Source: Monocercomonoides exilis PA203 (lineage: Eukaryota; Protista; Preaxostyla). Taken from it: a stretch of 64,000 bases of DNA. Shown here piece after piece: positions 12,781-25,473 of the stretch (its first letter is position 1; each line of letters opens with the position of its first letter). The stretch is from assembly GCA_001643675.2 (NCBI GenBank), contig LSRY02000031.1:930001-994000 (forward strand), given 5' to 3'. The notes under the pieces were generated by a model that did no database searches, was not told the origin of the DNA, and saw only the letters and a program-made list of their open reading frames with translations. Position numbers and translations under genes: made by a program.

Positions 12781-14138
12781 AAACAATGGAAAAACAAAAA
12801 AGGGAAGAGAACGATGAATGAATAGAGCGACAATTGGGAGATGAGGAAAGTGAAATAGAAAGAAGGACAAAGGAAGTGGAAATTGAAATTGACTGAAAGG
12901 TTAAGGAGTTTGCAAAAAGAAATTGTTTCAAAGAGAATTATTGGAAGGAACATGAATAATGAACAGCTAGAAAAGACAAAGGCAGGTTCAGCATTGGACA
13001 AAATAATCAAAAAAACAAAAAGCCAAATAGAGACAATACTTCCAGAAAGACGATCTTTCATTAATTTGGAAAATATTAATTGATTCAGGGAAAATGACTG
13101 ACCCTTTATTTTTGCATGAGGAGCGACTTGCTAACTTAGCGAGTGTTTGAGCAAATGGGAAATGCACACTCAGGGTCAGCTCATTTTCTGTGATTTTGTT
13201 TCTTTAATCGTAACTCCGACTTTTGAATTTTCGACTGCTTTGTGCAGAAACAAATATTGTCATATTCATCATTTTTCACAATCAGAGTTTTTGTTTGAAA
13301 TATTTAATTTTTGTGTGGAAATAGACATTATCTTTATTATCATCACTCTTTGTTCAATCTTTGGTTTTCTATTTTGATTAGAAAATCTTTTTGTTTATTT
13401 TTTGTTTATCTTATTTGTATATATTCATGCACCTCACCAGAATTATTGTTATTCAGTTATTTGTTTTTCTCATTTCATTTTTCTAACAGCAACATCCACT
13501 GCAATAATTGGAACATATTTTTTATTTATTATTCTGTTTTTTATGTTTCCATCTGTCAAAGCCTTGACAAAATATTTTACAAATCATTCATTTCAAAGAC
13601 CTTCGATACTTGAATTGATAAACAGATGACTATATTTTCTTTGATTGAATATTATCGAATTCATGAAAAACTATTTTCATTTCGTTAATAATTATGTCTG
13701 AACCAGTTTCATGAGAAAGCATTTTTTCCTTTCACAAAGCACGTGATAATTGTGCCGATTGGTTAATTAATTTCACAATGACAACAAATTTTGAGAATTG
13801 TTCGATTGAATCTTACTTCAAAAGGGAATCGAAGAATGGGAAAGAGAGTCATCTCTCTTTTCATGTATTTTGATCAATGTTCTTTTTTATTCTGTTGAGC
13901 ATTTTGCTATTAGAAAAAAAACCAACTTGTTATTTTCACCTTTGAATTTTGAATTTTTTTCACATATACTGTTGAAATCAAAACGAACTTCAAATATTTT
14001 GAATATCAGATAAATTGTGAACAAATATGTTTTTCATAAATTGAAATCACAAAAAAAAGTTTCTTCAAAATCAGTGAATTTGAATCATTGTTATTCCAAA
14101 AAGAAGAAGGATCATTTTCATCATTTTCAACAGAAAAT

Positions 14139-14318
14139 GGGAAAATATTTTTTGCTTTATAAATTTTGTTCCATTCTGCACATAAAATTGTATTCCTCAA
14201 TTTAAAAATTTTTCTTTTGTTTTTTTTAATATGAAAATGAAAAATCTATCATGAAAAGGTCGTGGAAAAAGTTTGGAACAAATTGTTGTTTTTTTCAAAA
14301 ATGCAAAAATTTTACACC
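14139..14318. mobile_element. MITE family B copy (decayed)
   Basis: Shares GGAAAAAGTTTGGAACAAAT...AAATGCAAAAAT with the 18205 copy. GGG...ACC ends; flanks AAAT/ATTT are an imperfect duplication. Confidence 0.6.
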
Positions 14319-14529
14319 ATTTTGTTTCTGTTTTTTAACTATTTTTATTATTTTGAAAGGCTTCGAAAATATTTGAAATTCTAAATTTCTTCGATTCAAT
14401 ACATTATAACTCATCTTAATTTTCGGTAATAATAAATGAAATTCCATTTACAGAGAAATTTTCAAAAAAATATTTTGAATCAGTAATTATTCTTCAGATC
14501 AGTTTTGTAATTGTTTGTTTTTGGTTCAA

Positions 14530-16329
14530 ATGCAGAAAAAGGAGAAAAAGCCGCGCTCTCAACAAAAGGATTGGATTATACCTGAAGAAGCAGATAGCGC
14601 ACCAATTTGGAAAGAAGTTGCTTTGGTTGGGACGGAATTAGATCAGATTCCTGAAATTCATTCACAACCATGGTTTTTCCCTCATCTTGAGACAGAACTC
14701 AATGAAGGAATTTTATCACAAGGCAAAGATGTTTATCTTTTTGGATCTTCAGAGCGTATGCGAAAATTTCCAACACAGTACACAAGAAAGCAATTTAATT
14801 GATAATTTTTTTTTGTTTTTGTTAGCTTTGACTTATCCATTTGCATCAACGAATGTATATATGGTTCCAGTGATATATGCTATTTCTTGTAATCTTCCAC
14901 CATTTAATTCCATTGCGATTACATCCGTACAAATGCAAAATGAACGAATTGTATCTTTCAAAGATCTTAAACTTGACTGGGTGCCATTTTCGCTTCCAGA
15001 TGCTGACCCTTCTGATGCTGTTACGCGCGTTCATGTATTGAAAAGCATTCAACGAAAAGCTTCTGCTAAATCGCTTTCAACAGATCAAATTAAAAGTTTC
15101 ACATATGCAATACCATATGTGTACAATCCTTTTAGAGGACCTCCAGAGGAATATGATACTACATGTTCAGTTCCTGTTATGGTTGACGGGCAGTTGAAAC
15201 CTTATGAAATTGATTTTCAATATGGAGATCTTCGGGTTTGAGAAGAATGTTGTTCAAATAGTTTAATTTGTTTATGAATGAAATATTGATAAATAATTTT
15301 GTGTACCTTTTTTTCCTCTAGTTTGCAATTGATGATATCATTGAGCAAAATTCTCTTCCGGAAGCATCGAAAGAGGAGATCAAGGAACTTGTCAAAAAGA
15401 CCGTTATCGAAGCTCGAGAAAAGCTGAAAGCACAAAAAGAGAAAGATGAACAAAGAAAAGCCGCAATTTCACCTGAAGAGCGCGAGTCGCTGGAGACGAT
15501 GAAAATATACAAGTTCTACCCGTCCAACTGGCAAGGAGAAAAAGCAGCGACAGTCAACAGGTATTTTGGCAAGGCCGACCAAGTGATGGAGCCGAAAGAC
15601 ATTCAGCACAAGACCTTCCCGACTCCTGTGCCCACATCGCTGATTTCTTCGTCAAGCGGGATGGGCTCATCTCCATCTGATGGCGCTGCTTCTTCTTCTT
15701 CTTCTGCTGCTGCTGCTTCCTCATCATCAGCATCCTCATCATCGTCTACTTCTTCTGGTGGATCGTCTTCTGCCTCGTCTATTCTTCAGATTCCGCGCCC
15801 TGCTGCATCTGGAAGAGGGCGTCCTTTGAAGCCATCTTCTCTGCTTGTCGAAGCTGAAGTGGCAGTTTCGCGGAGGCGAAAATCGAGCGGCAGGCGCAGC
15901 ACAGCAGGGAAGAAGGAGAAAAAGAGCTCGAAAAGGAAAAGTGCAAAGAATGCGGCTGGGTCAAAGGCAAAAGCAAGTTCGAAGAAAGCAACAGGCGGAA
16001 GAAAGCGGAAGGCCGGGAGCAAAGACGGGAAAAAGGAGGAAGCCGACTCGGAGAATGAAGAAGGAGAAGGAGAAGGAGAAGGAGAAGAGGAAGGATCAGA
16101 TCTTCTTTCATCGTCAGAGGACGAGCTCAGCTTTAGCTCTGATTCAAAAGAAGTGAATGAAAAGAAAGAATTTGACGAATCCGACTTTTCACCTTCCAAG
16201 CGGACGCATGAAGATATTGAAAAGGAAGACGAAGAATTGAAAAAGGGAGAGAAAGCGGAAAGCAAAGAAGCGAATGAGGAAAAGCCCGAGAATAATTCCT
16301 CATCGAATAAGAAAGTGAAGGTTGAGTAA
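14530..16329 (+). CDS. HIT4: HEAT INTOLERANT 4 (HIT4)-like protein with Ser/Lys/acidic C-terminal tail; exons 14530-14755, 14826-15235, 15322-16329
   Basis: Introns 14756-14825 and 15236-15321 join three ORFs in frame. The product has the HIT4 motif order: VGTELDQ, VYLFGSSEP, PP..I.ITSVQ, KLDWVPF, QRK, F.YAIPYVYNPF, MKIYKFYP, VNRYFGKADQV. Confidence 0.8.
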
Positions 16330-17225
16330 AAGAAATATGATTATAACTTATATTTATTTTTGTTTGTTTTAAATATGCTTGGATTGCTTTTTCTAAAAGA
16401 GAAAATCTGTGGAATGTTAACAACTTTATTTATTAAGAAAAGCTTAATAATCTTTTTTGAATCTGCTTTTTCTTGTTCTTTTGTGATTTCTTCTTTGATT
16501 TTTCTGCTTTTCTGTTTTGCCTGAATTTTTGAATAAAAAGATATTTTTATTGTTCCTTCTTTTATCTTTTCAATCTTGGCTTCCGTCATGTGCATTTATT
16601 CTTTTTATCGATCTCTTATTTAAGTTTCTATGAAGGCGCATTTTCATGACCTTTATTTCTTAATTCCATTTTTCGTGCAAGTCCCACTACTTTTCTTATG
16701 CAATCTCCGCAAAATAAAAATAGAATTTTTCTTTAAAATGAAAATATTTAATACATTTTTTATAATTTATTGGAGCCCTGATACTGAAATTTTGTTATCA
16801 GCTCGTTTTATTCATTGTCAACCTTACAGGCCAGAATATTAAATAAATTTTTCTTCAAATCAGGATTGAATTTTCAGATTTGAAGTTGTGGAATAACTGC
16901 AAAAATATGATGAAATCTTCTTTTCTTTTTATTATTATTATTACTATTACTATTATTAAAATGTTGAATACAAATCTCTTTCTCACATTTAATCAAGTGA
17001 GCTGAAAAAACCACAATTCAAAATCTACAAAAGTTTCAAATAATTTTATTTTGTTGCGGTGGAAATTATCCATTATCCAAAATATCGAGGGAAGCAGAGC
17101 TATGATGGTTTTGAATTCAATTCTTTAAAGGATATTGTTTCGTACTCTTTCATTCAAAAAATATGACAGTTTTGAAAGAAAATTTTTTGACTGCAGAATT
17201 GTTTTCTTTGTTTATTTGCTTTTAT

Positions 17226-17237
17226 ATCAAAAAAAAA

Positions 17238-17285
<48 letters not shown>
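17226..17285. repeat. Poly(A)-rich tract
   Basis: About 55 A residues, nearly uninterrupted. Confidence 0.9.
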
Positions 17286-17290
<5 letters not shown>

Positions 17291-17475
17291 TTTTTTTTTG
17301 TTTTTCTAATTTTCCTTTGAAAAAAACATTCTTTAATAAAAGCATAACTTTGGTTCATTTCAGATTGTGTTTCAAAAAAACGGATAAAATCGATTTCTTA
17401 ATGACTTCAAAAAAAAAAAAAAAAAACAATAATAATAATAAAAAATTAATTCTGACAATTTTTCTAAGAACATAT

Positions 17476-17743
17476 GGGGGAAAATACGATCTTTCTTGCT
17501 TTTTTTGCACATCACATTTAAAAATTGCTTCACTCATAACTTTGTTACGCTTTCTCAGATTTAAAAATAAATTTGATATCCATCTCATTCAACAGGCATC
17601 ATTGAAATCAAAACATTAAGTATTGTTGCATTTCACGAATGTCAAAAAATTAACTCATTTTGTTGATTATTTCTGTTCACGAAATGTCAAGAAAAGGTGC
17701 AATGTTTTTCAATGAAAAATCATATTGTTTCATATTTTCCCCC
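17476..17743. mobile_element. MITE family A copy (268 bp)
   Basis: TIR GGGGGAAAATA...TATTTTCCCCC with ATAT on both flanks; body similar to the copies at 58363, 62125 and 63342. Confidence 0.85.
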
Positions 17744-18204
17744 ATATCTCATCATTTCAAACTCATTTGTTAAACGAGACTTTCAATTTTTTTTTGATTA
17801 AATATTGTTAAAAAATAATAATAAAATTATATGGAAACTCTTTGAATTGTTTCTCCCAGATTTCAATAAATATTATTAACAAAATTCATTCGAAGCGAAA
17901 ATAAAACTCTCAAACACAAAATGAGTAAGTTTTGATAAAGTCAATTCAGATGAAAATTTTCAGAATAATTTATTATGTAGTTAGTGAGATTACGATCATG
18001 TCCAATATTTTGTGCGATGAACTGTATTTTTAGCACAATCTGCATTGAAAAAATCCAATTATTTATGTGAATGATGATAATTGAAAAAAGCTCAATAACT
18101 ATCACATTTCAAAAATAAACATTATTTCGAAATTATTAATTTTGATCTTTAGTATCTCATCACAACAATGAATAATGAAATTATCAATTTCAAACTCACA
18201 ATAT

Positions 18205-18385
18205 GGAACGAAATTTTTTGATTTTTGAATTTTGATCCACGCAAAATTTTCTTTTAATTTTCTTATTTTTTTTTTCTTTAATTCTATTTTTCTAGCATGA
18301 GAATGAAAGATAAACAATGATAAGATGGCAGGAAAAAGTTTGGAACAAATCTCAGTTTTTTTCATAAATGCAAAAATAATACCCC
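18205..18385. mobile_element. MITE family B copy (181 bp)
   Basis: GGAAC...ACCCC ends, ATAT on both flanks; reverse-complement similarity to 39506-39682 and 40858-41031. Confidence 0.75.
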
Positions 18386-18564
18386 ATATATTAGAAATGA
18401 AATGACATTCGAATCATTTCAAGAGAAAGAAATAAAACTTTTTTTCACTTTAACCTATGTATGGATTTTATTATTTAATCCATCAGTGATCAACTTTCAG
18501 TATGAATAAGCGATTTTCATTAAAATTGTTTCTTTTCCAGTCATATTTTTAAAATCTTTGAATA

Positions 18565-19412
18565 CACCAAAAAGTATTCAAGATTGAAAAACTTTAATTC
18601 GAAATCGAAAATATTTAATTCAACATCGAAAATGTTTAATTCAAAATCGAAAAAGAAGATTATTTGTTCAGAATTTCAATTCAAGTCAAAACCTAAATAT
18701 TTTCGTTAACACAAATGTTGATAATTACAAATATTTATTTATTGAAAATGTTTTTCTTTCGTTTTTGACCACTGTTTTCTATGATAATAACTGATATCAA
18801 TCGATTCTTTTCTCATTTTGAAGATTGAAATGATATTTTTTATCAGTTTCCAATGCAATAAATGAAATTTAAAACATTTTATTTTCGGTAAATGAAATGA
18901 ATTTTTGTTTTTTTGTGCACAAAACAAGATCATGAACTATCCATTCACTTTTTTTTTTGCTCAAATTCCTTATAATCACCTGAACACATGTGAAGAGTTT
19001 AATAATAATTCAGTTTTATCCTCTTTCCACCATTTCACTCAATTAAACACCAAAAAAACATCAGAAAATATATTTCTAATTGAAATTGACAAATTTCTGA
19101 GATCAATAACTGAAGGAATAGAAACTGACATGAGCATGAATTTTTTAAAAATATTTCAAATTTTTTGTTGATGAAGAATTTTCGATGTTGAATTAAATAT
19201 TTTCGATTTCGAATTAAACTTTTTCGATTTTGAATTAAAGTTTTCCGATTTCGAATGATATATTTCGATCTTGTATTAAATTTTTTCGATTTTGAATAAT
19301 AATTTTCGATGTTGAATTAAAGTTTTTCGATGTTGTTTTAAACTTTTTCGATTTTGAATTAAAGTTTTTCGATCTTGAATTAAACTTTTTCGATGTTGAA
19401 TTATTTTTGGTG
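18565..19412. mobile_element. Non-autonomous CAC-ended DNA transposon with inverted 21-bp subterminal repeat arrays (CMC/EnSpm-like)
   Basis: TA|CACCAAAAA...TTTTTGGTG|TA. About 4 units of TTTAATTC.AAATCGAAAA near the left end and about 10 reverse-complement units at the right end. Confidence 0.7.
19180..19402. repeat. 21-bp tandem repeat array (about 10 units)
   Basis: TTTTCGAT(G/T/C)TTGAATTAAA(T/C/G)(A/T) repeated with 21-nt period. Confidence 0.9.
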
Positions 19413-19640
19413 TATTTTTCCGGAATAAAATTCATGAAATTATTTATTTGATCGTGATTTTTCTCATTTAGAATTATTCTTATTGCAAGTTTCATTTTGT
19501 TGATCCCCAACTGTTCTTTTTTCAAAGAAAAATTAGATCGCTATTTGAAAAAAAAGTATATTTCTCAATGCATCTTAAATAAATGAAATTAAAAAATAAA
19601 ATATTTTTATTTGATAAAACAAAAATGACAGAATTAAATA

Positions 19641-21575
19641 TCACAGCCATAAAACGCCACCATCTCGAATTATGAAATAAGCAATTGGCAAAGATAAAGG
19701 TCTTCTGTTTAAAATAGGAAGAGATGAAGTGTTGGTTGAGGAAAGTGTTTGAGTCTGGGTCTGACTCTGCAGTGGACTCTGCATCTGTGCAGACACCTGT
19801 GAAAGGACAGAAGTCGAATAAGTCGATTTTATTCTTTGGGGAGACAAGACAGTGCAACCAGAAGAAGAAGAAGAAGAAGACGACGATGAAACCAAACTCA
19901 AATCAGGTGATTGTCCTAATTGCATTCCTTGCCCTTGCTGCCCGTTTCCTCCATCTTGTGAGAAAGCTCCAAAAGATGATTGATATTGTTGTTGTTGTTG
20001 CTTCAGCTGCTGTTGAGAAGAGAAGAGAACCTGCTGAGTTGGCTGTGTAGCTGCGTATGGCAAAGATGAAGATGATGACGATGATGATAACAACTGCGAT
20101 GGAGATGAAGAAAATGATGAAGAAGAGGCTGGATGCAGCTGATGATGCGCTGATGTCACAGCAATTGAAGCAGCCCCTCCGCTGAGAAGGAAGCTGCTAC
20201 GACCAGCCGAAAGAACAAGAAGCTCAGCAGAGAAAACTAAATCCGAAGAAATTGAATGAGAAGAAGGCAAAATGGAAGAAGAAGAAGAAGAAGAAGAGGA
20301 ATATGCTGAACACGAAGAACTTTGAGGCGAACGAGAAGATGGCTGGCTGAGATTAGATTCAGTTGAAAAAAGAGACGAGCGAAGAAAATTTGATTGTGAT
20401 ATGACATTACATTGTGCATAAGCAGATGTTAATGAACTAGAGCAATTAAGTTGATGCTTCTTCCATTCAGGTTCTGTTAATGTGATCCGAAATGAAACAT
20501 TCTTTTCCCAGGACTCGTGTGCTACAACAAAGAAATAAGCATCCACAGAAATCAAAAATAATTTAAAAATATAATAAAATATTATTTTCAGAATAGAAAA
20601 AAAAAGAATTCAAAAAAATTCGTATTTCAAAACATATATAAAACACAAGGAAATAAAACTTTGCACAAGTCATCAAAATTTGCAAACCCTTTGTTGGACC
20701 TTTAAATTTTAATCTTGTTCCAAAACAAACTACATTGCTTCCTTTGATTAGTTCAATCAAACACTCCATCGATAAGATTCCACATCTGCAACAATAAAAT
20801 TGTAAAAAAAAAATGAAAATTAAATAATTTGTAACAAATAACGTTCAAAAAATAAATAAATAAAATAACGTCAAAACTGCAACGAGACGGAGGACAAAGG
20901 ATCAATCCAAAGGGTGGAGGATATACTATCAATAAATAGTGCCCTGGCAGCAAACTCTCCGTCTTTTTCAAGAAGCTTCGGTAAAACAATACGTATTGTT
21001 GCTAAAAGCGAAAGTGCGCTGTTTGGTTGAATCAAAATTAACTTTTTAATTGCAGAATCCAACAATATCTGTTGTTCCTCTGATAATTGATCTCCAAAGT
21101 TGCATTGAGGAAATAACCTAATCTTCAGGAGCAATGAAAACCGTGACATTGAGAATTTCCCATCACAATCGAGAAATATAACTGCAGAATCACATCCCCC
21201 AAGAGTTTTTGGAACAATTATATTCATTGCGATACTCATAAGAATTTCACTCTAAAGACGAAAAATAATTAAAATTGCAAAAGAAAAATGCCAAACCTTT
21301 CCACTACCTTCCCCTCCTCTTATTTCTATTATTTGACCATTGTCAAGTCCATGAGGTAATTCATCATCAATAATCTTTGCTCCTGTTATTAAAGGTTTTT
21401 GTTGCTGAATTTGTTCGAAAATTTCTATTCCCGTTTCATGAGGAATGAGTCTTGGAAAGTTAGAATCAAATTTTTTCTTAATTTCATCTGTTAAAGAAGA
21501 TAAATTCTTATCCCAAAATGTCATTATTTTAGTATGGGAAAATGGTTCAGATAGAAATTTTTCCTTCAATTTCAT
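19641..21575 (-). CDS. XRCC2: RAD51 paralogue XRCC2; exons 21575-21297, 21251-20878, 20785-20688, 20521-19641
   Basis: Introns 21252-21296, 20786-20877 and 20522-20687 give an intact Walker A (GGEGSGKS), IIVPKTLGG..SAVIFLDCD.KFSMSR, Walker B LFIDSISSTLWID, W...V.FRI and terminal FIIRDGGV, the XRCC2 pattern. Large Ser/Gln-rich insert in the last exon. Confidence 0.8.
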
Positions 21576-21875
21576 ATGTAAAGAATGTGCTTTTGAACAT
21601 TATAAAGTCAATAAAAGAGGACTACAAAATTTACCAGCCAAGCTCTGTTGTTTTTAATTCAATCTTCATTATAATTTCTTTTGTATTTTTTTCTAAAAAC
21701 GTAAACAACAAAATGATGCAAAAATAAAACACATGGCAATTTTGCAGCGTTGTGTGTTGATTTTTTTTCGAATTATTTTTTAATTTTAACAAATTGGTTG
21801 CAAAGAATGCTTTGACGTGCGAAAAAGAGAAAAATAAGTTATAATATCTTTATTGGTACTTAATGCACTGCGGCT

Positions 21876-22422
21876 TTAGTAGAAGTAACCAAGAATCTTT
21901 CCTCCTGTTCCTCTCTTTCTTGCTTCTTCGTGCGACATGATTCCGTATGAAGTGGTAAGAACAATAAATCCAAATTGACGGGCAGGAAGAAGATTCGTAA
22001 CCCAACGTTCCATTTGATCAAGTCCAACATCAAAACGTGGTGAAATGACACCACATTTGTTCAGGCGACCATTAAGCTCAACAACAACTTTTCCTGCTCT
22101 GTGGTCATCAACAACCTCAAATTCTCCAATATATCCTACAGAAAACGTGATAAACAACAAATAAAAGATAAAGAACAATAAAATGGAAATCGATATATTA
22201 TTATAATAAAATAAAAACACATAAATTTTCAATTATGATGATCAAGAGATTTATTATAAAACAAATATTCTTATGCAAAAATAACAAACCGTGCTTTTGC
22301 ATCACACGAAGGAATTTGAGAACAACTTTGCTGCAAGGACGGATCAAAACTTGACGTTTGCCAGAGCGTTCGGCAACAACAATTGTGTTCAGGCACTCGC
22401 TCAAAACATTCATTCGCACCAT
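21876..22422 (-). CDS. RPS15A: 40S ribosomal protein S15a (uS8); intron 22136-22289
   Basis: MVRMNVL...[13 protein letters not shown]...[41 protein letters not shown]...GGKILGYFY. Confidence 0.97.
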
Positions 22423-22699
22423 TTCTAAGATAAAGTTGCTTTCTAAAAGATTAAAATGAAAATTGTTTTATTATTATCATATTTTCGTTCCTAAGAACTT
22501 TAATAGCAAACCTTTTTTGAGTATAAAATCCGATTCTGCCCATAAGAAAATGAAAAATTTAAAAAGGTTGATAATTGATCTTTTTATTTGAGTATGGTAG
22601 ATTTTGTAAATTTGAAGTTGAATTTTTATTTTTTATAAATTGTGATTTGCTATTTATGTTGATCCGCATTAATGGCTCTATTTGAACAGATAATTAAAG

Positions 22700-24069
22700 A
22701 TGGCAACTCTGCAATATTTCGGCGAAATTCCTTCCACTTTAAAGGGGTCAACCTTAATTGTACCATCAATTTCTTGCGGATGGGTGTCTCAAGCAGCTTT
22801 GGATTTGATCATAAATGCTTTTGTTCTGGAGAGAATCGGGCATTTTGTTGATGATGCTGTTCCTCCAGTTGTTTGCGTAAAAGCAGAAACAGGTGAAATT
22901 TGCACTGCACTTGAGCTGTACCACGATCCAAAGGAAGAATTAACAATATTCCAAATTCGTTCAGCGCCTGCTGAAGTTTGCATTTTTGCGATGTTTTTCG
23001 AAGAAAAAATATATTTTTTTTTGAAAATAATTATTTAAAAAATTCATAATTCAGGGTCATTCTATGGCGTTTGCTTCAAGAATTATGGACTGGGCAAGGT
23101 CTCAAGGATTCGCAAAATGCTTTCTTCTCTCTTCCGGGAACATTAATTATCGCACACCCAAACAAATTGAATCATCGGAGCCAAGGTTTGCCTTTTTAAA
23201 TTTTCTTTAATTTTAAGCATGTGCATTTTATTTTTTTTAAAAGAGGAAAACGGTTTATTGCATTGCCTACAGCTCCAGAAGAAGATGTTAAGCGCTTATC
23301 AGACTTGGGATGGAAGCAACTTGAACAATATGAAGAAAAAAAGAAGGTTTAAAAAATTTTGAATGTTGCTTTTACCAAAATAATTTTATTTTCTCCTCTT
23401 TTGTATAACATTATATCATTTTCTAATTATTTGTTGTTTTTTATTTCATTTTTTTAAATATAATAATTGATCTTTCAGCTTCTTGATGGAACGGGGAATT
23501 TGTGGGATCTTTTGCACTCGGCGTCTGGATTCAGCGAAGCTCAGATGATCAGCAAGATGAAAGCGGAGATGCTGAAGGACATGCCAGAGAGGGAAAAGCG
23601 GATGATTGCGAAAGCACAGCGCATCGCAGCAAGAAAGCAGCAAAAGGCTCGTAAAAGTGATGGCGATGACGAAGACATGGGCAAAATGATTGGAATTGGA
23701 GAGGAAGAAGACGAAGAAGACGATGAAGATGAGCTTTTTGGAACACACTTCTTCCCTCCACCAAACTCGGCCTTTATGAGCGAAGTTCAGCAGGCGTCTT
23801 CTTCAACTCAGCCGTCTGCCTCATCATCTTCTCCATTGGCTGCATCTTCTTCTTCCACTTCTGAAGAAATGGCACCTGAAAAGCCTTCGCTTCCCTTGTT
23901 AATCCTTCTTACCTTTGCGAGCGAAACAAACGCTCACACTTTGGAAACAGCGATTTACTTTGCAGACACATTGAAAGATGTGTTTGGATGGGGAAAGGAG
24001 CTGAAATGGGAACATCTCAAGGAATGGGCGCCAACTTCAATGATTTCTTCAGAAAATGAGCTGTACTAA
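22700..24069 (+). CDS. PSMG2: Proteasome assembly chaperone 2 (PAC2); exons 22700-22975, 23055-23185, 23244-23346, 23479-24069
   Basis: TLIVPSISCGWVSQAALDLII, PPVV, TALELY, FQIRSAP, LLSS, LGWKQLE, LLTFASE.N, ELY C-terminus. Three GT-AG introns maintain frame. Confidence 0.8.
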
Positions 24070-24216
24070 GCATTCGCATAAAAGAAGAACAGAATTTTAC
24101 ATTGACTTTTTGAGTAAGTTAATTTTGAATTTTATTTTTTTCAATAATCTTCTGATCAAGAATACAAATATATTATTTTTTTATTTAATATTGGTGAAAA
24201 CATATTTTAAATTTTA

Positions 24217-25429
24217 ATGATTACCGGAGCTGTAATAACCACAGCTACTATGCTAGGGGTTCCAGCCGGTGCAAAGCTTGTTTCAAAATTGAGGAGTTTT
24301 TGGGGAAAAAAGAAGGACACCGAAGAGGTTGAAAAAGAATCATCCGAAACAGAAAATCCAACAGACGATGAAATTGAAGAGGGAGACGAAAAAGAACAAC
24401 TCTCAGAACAAGATGAAAATGAAAAATCCTCCGAAGAGGCAGATGATGAGACTTCATCACATGTATCTGAAAAAGACAATAAAAATGACTCCAGCCCTTT
24501 GTCAGCTTCAGAAACAGAAGAAAAAGAAGACATAGACAAAGAAAAAGAAGATGAAATAGATAAAGATTTGGACGATCAACAATCGGAAAAAGAAGAAGTC
24601 CATACCGAGCCAATTGTTGATAGCGAAAATTTTTCTCCGAATTCAAAAGAAGAGCAAAATATGGAAACATCACCAAAAATGAAGACGAGCGATTCACCAA
24701 CTAAAGAAAAAAAAGAGGAAATAAAGGGATTTGTGCTTGACCTTCCGTCGACTGAATTCAGCCAGCCAAAATTCCACAAAAAGTATAAAACTGTTGCAGA
24801 AGCAATGGAAGCAAACCGAACTTTGGGGAAATCGAATTCAAAGAAGAAAAAGAAGAAAGGAGCAGCCAAGAAAGAAATCCAGGAACCAGATGAAAAAGAA
24901 AATTTACCTAATGAATTGAAAAATGAAAATGATAATAAAAAGAAAAAGAAGAAGAAAAAGAAGAAGAAGAATTCAAACAAAACAAGTGAATCTGAAATTC
25001 AGCCAGCGGATGAAAACATTAAGCAAAATTCAAGCGACAACTTCCAATCATCAACAGCGAAACAACTGGAATATCTGGAGCGCCAACGGAGAGAAGAGGA
25101 ATTACTGTTCAATGATCATGTAAAGCCTTCACTTCTCCCAAACAGCAGATCTTTATCTCCCTCTCAATCATATTCACAACCTTCTTTTCCTTCTTCTTCT
25201 TCTTCTTCCTCTTCCTCTTTTTCTTCTTCCTTTTCCTCTTCTTCTCCACCTCACTTGAAGCGTTTTGACTCAAACAGCTCACTTTCTGCTTTGTCTTCTT
25301 CGTCTCCTTCTTTTCTTGTCCCTTCTGCTCCAAACACGCCGCCACAGAATTTGAATGGAATGCTCTCTGAATCAGCGTCTGTTCACTCAAACAGACTCAG
25401 CTATGGACAGATGCAATGTATGTGCTGGA

Positions 25430-25473
<44 letters not shown>

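Noticed and set aside
4994-13061. Many minus-strand ORFs, up to 334 aa
   Set aside because: Antisense shadows of the 2.6-kaa gene with no independent motifs.
19180-19402. Regularly spaced repeats as a possible CRISPR array
   Set aside because: Contiguous 21-bp units with no unique spacers, no cas genes, eukaryotic context; better explained as transposon subterminal repeats.
22136-22289. Possible intronic snoRNA in the ribosomal protein gene
   Set aside because: No clear C (RUGAUGA)/D (CUGA) box pair or H/ACA hairpins on the sense strand; an Infernal scan would be needed.
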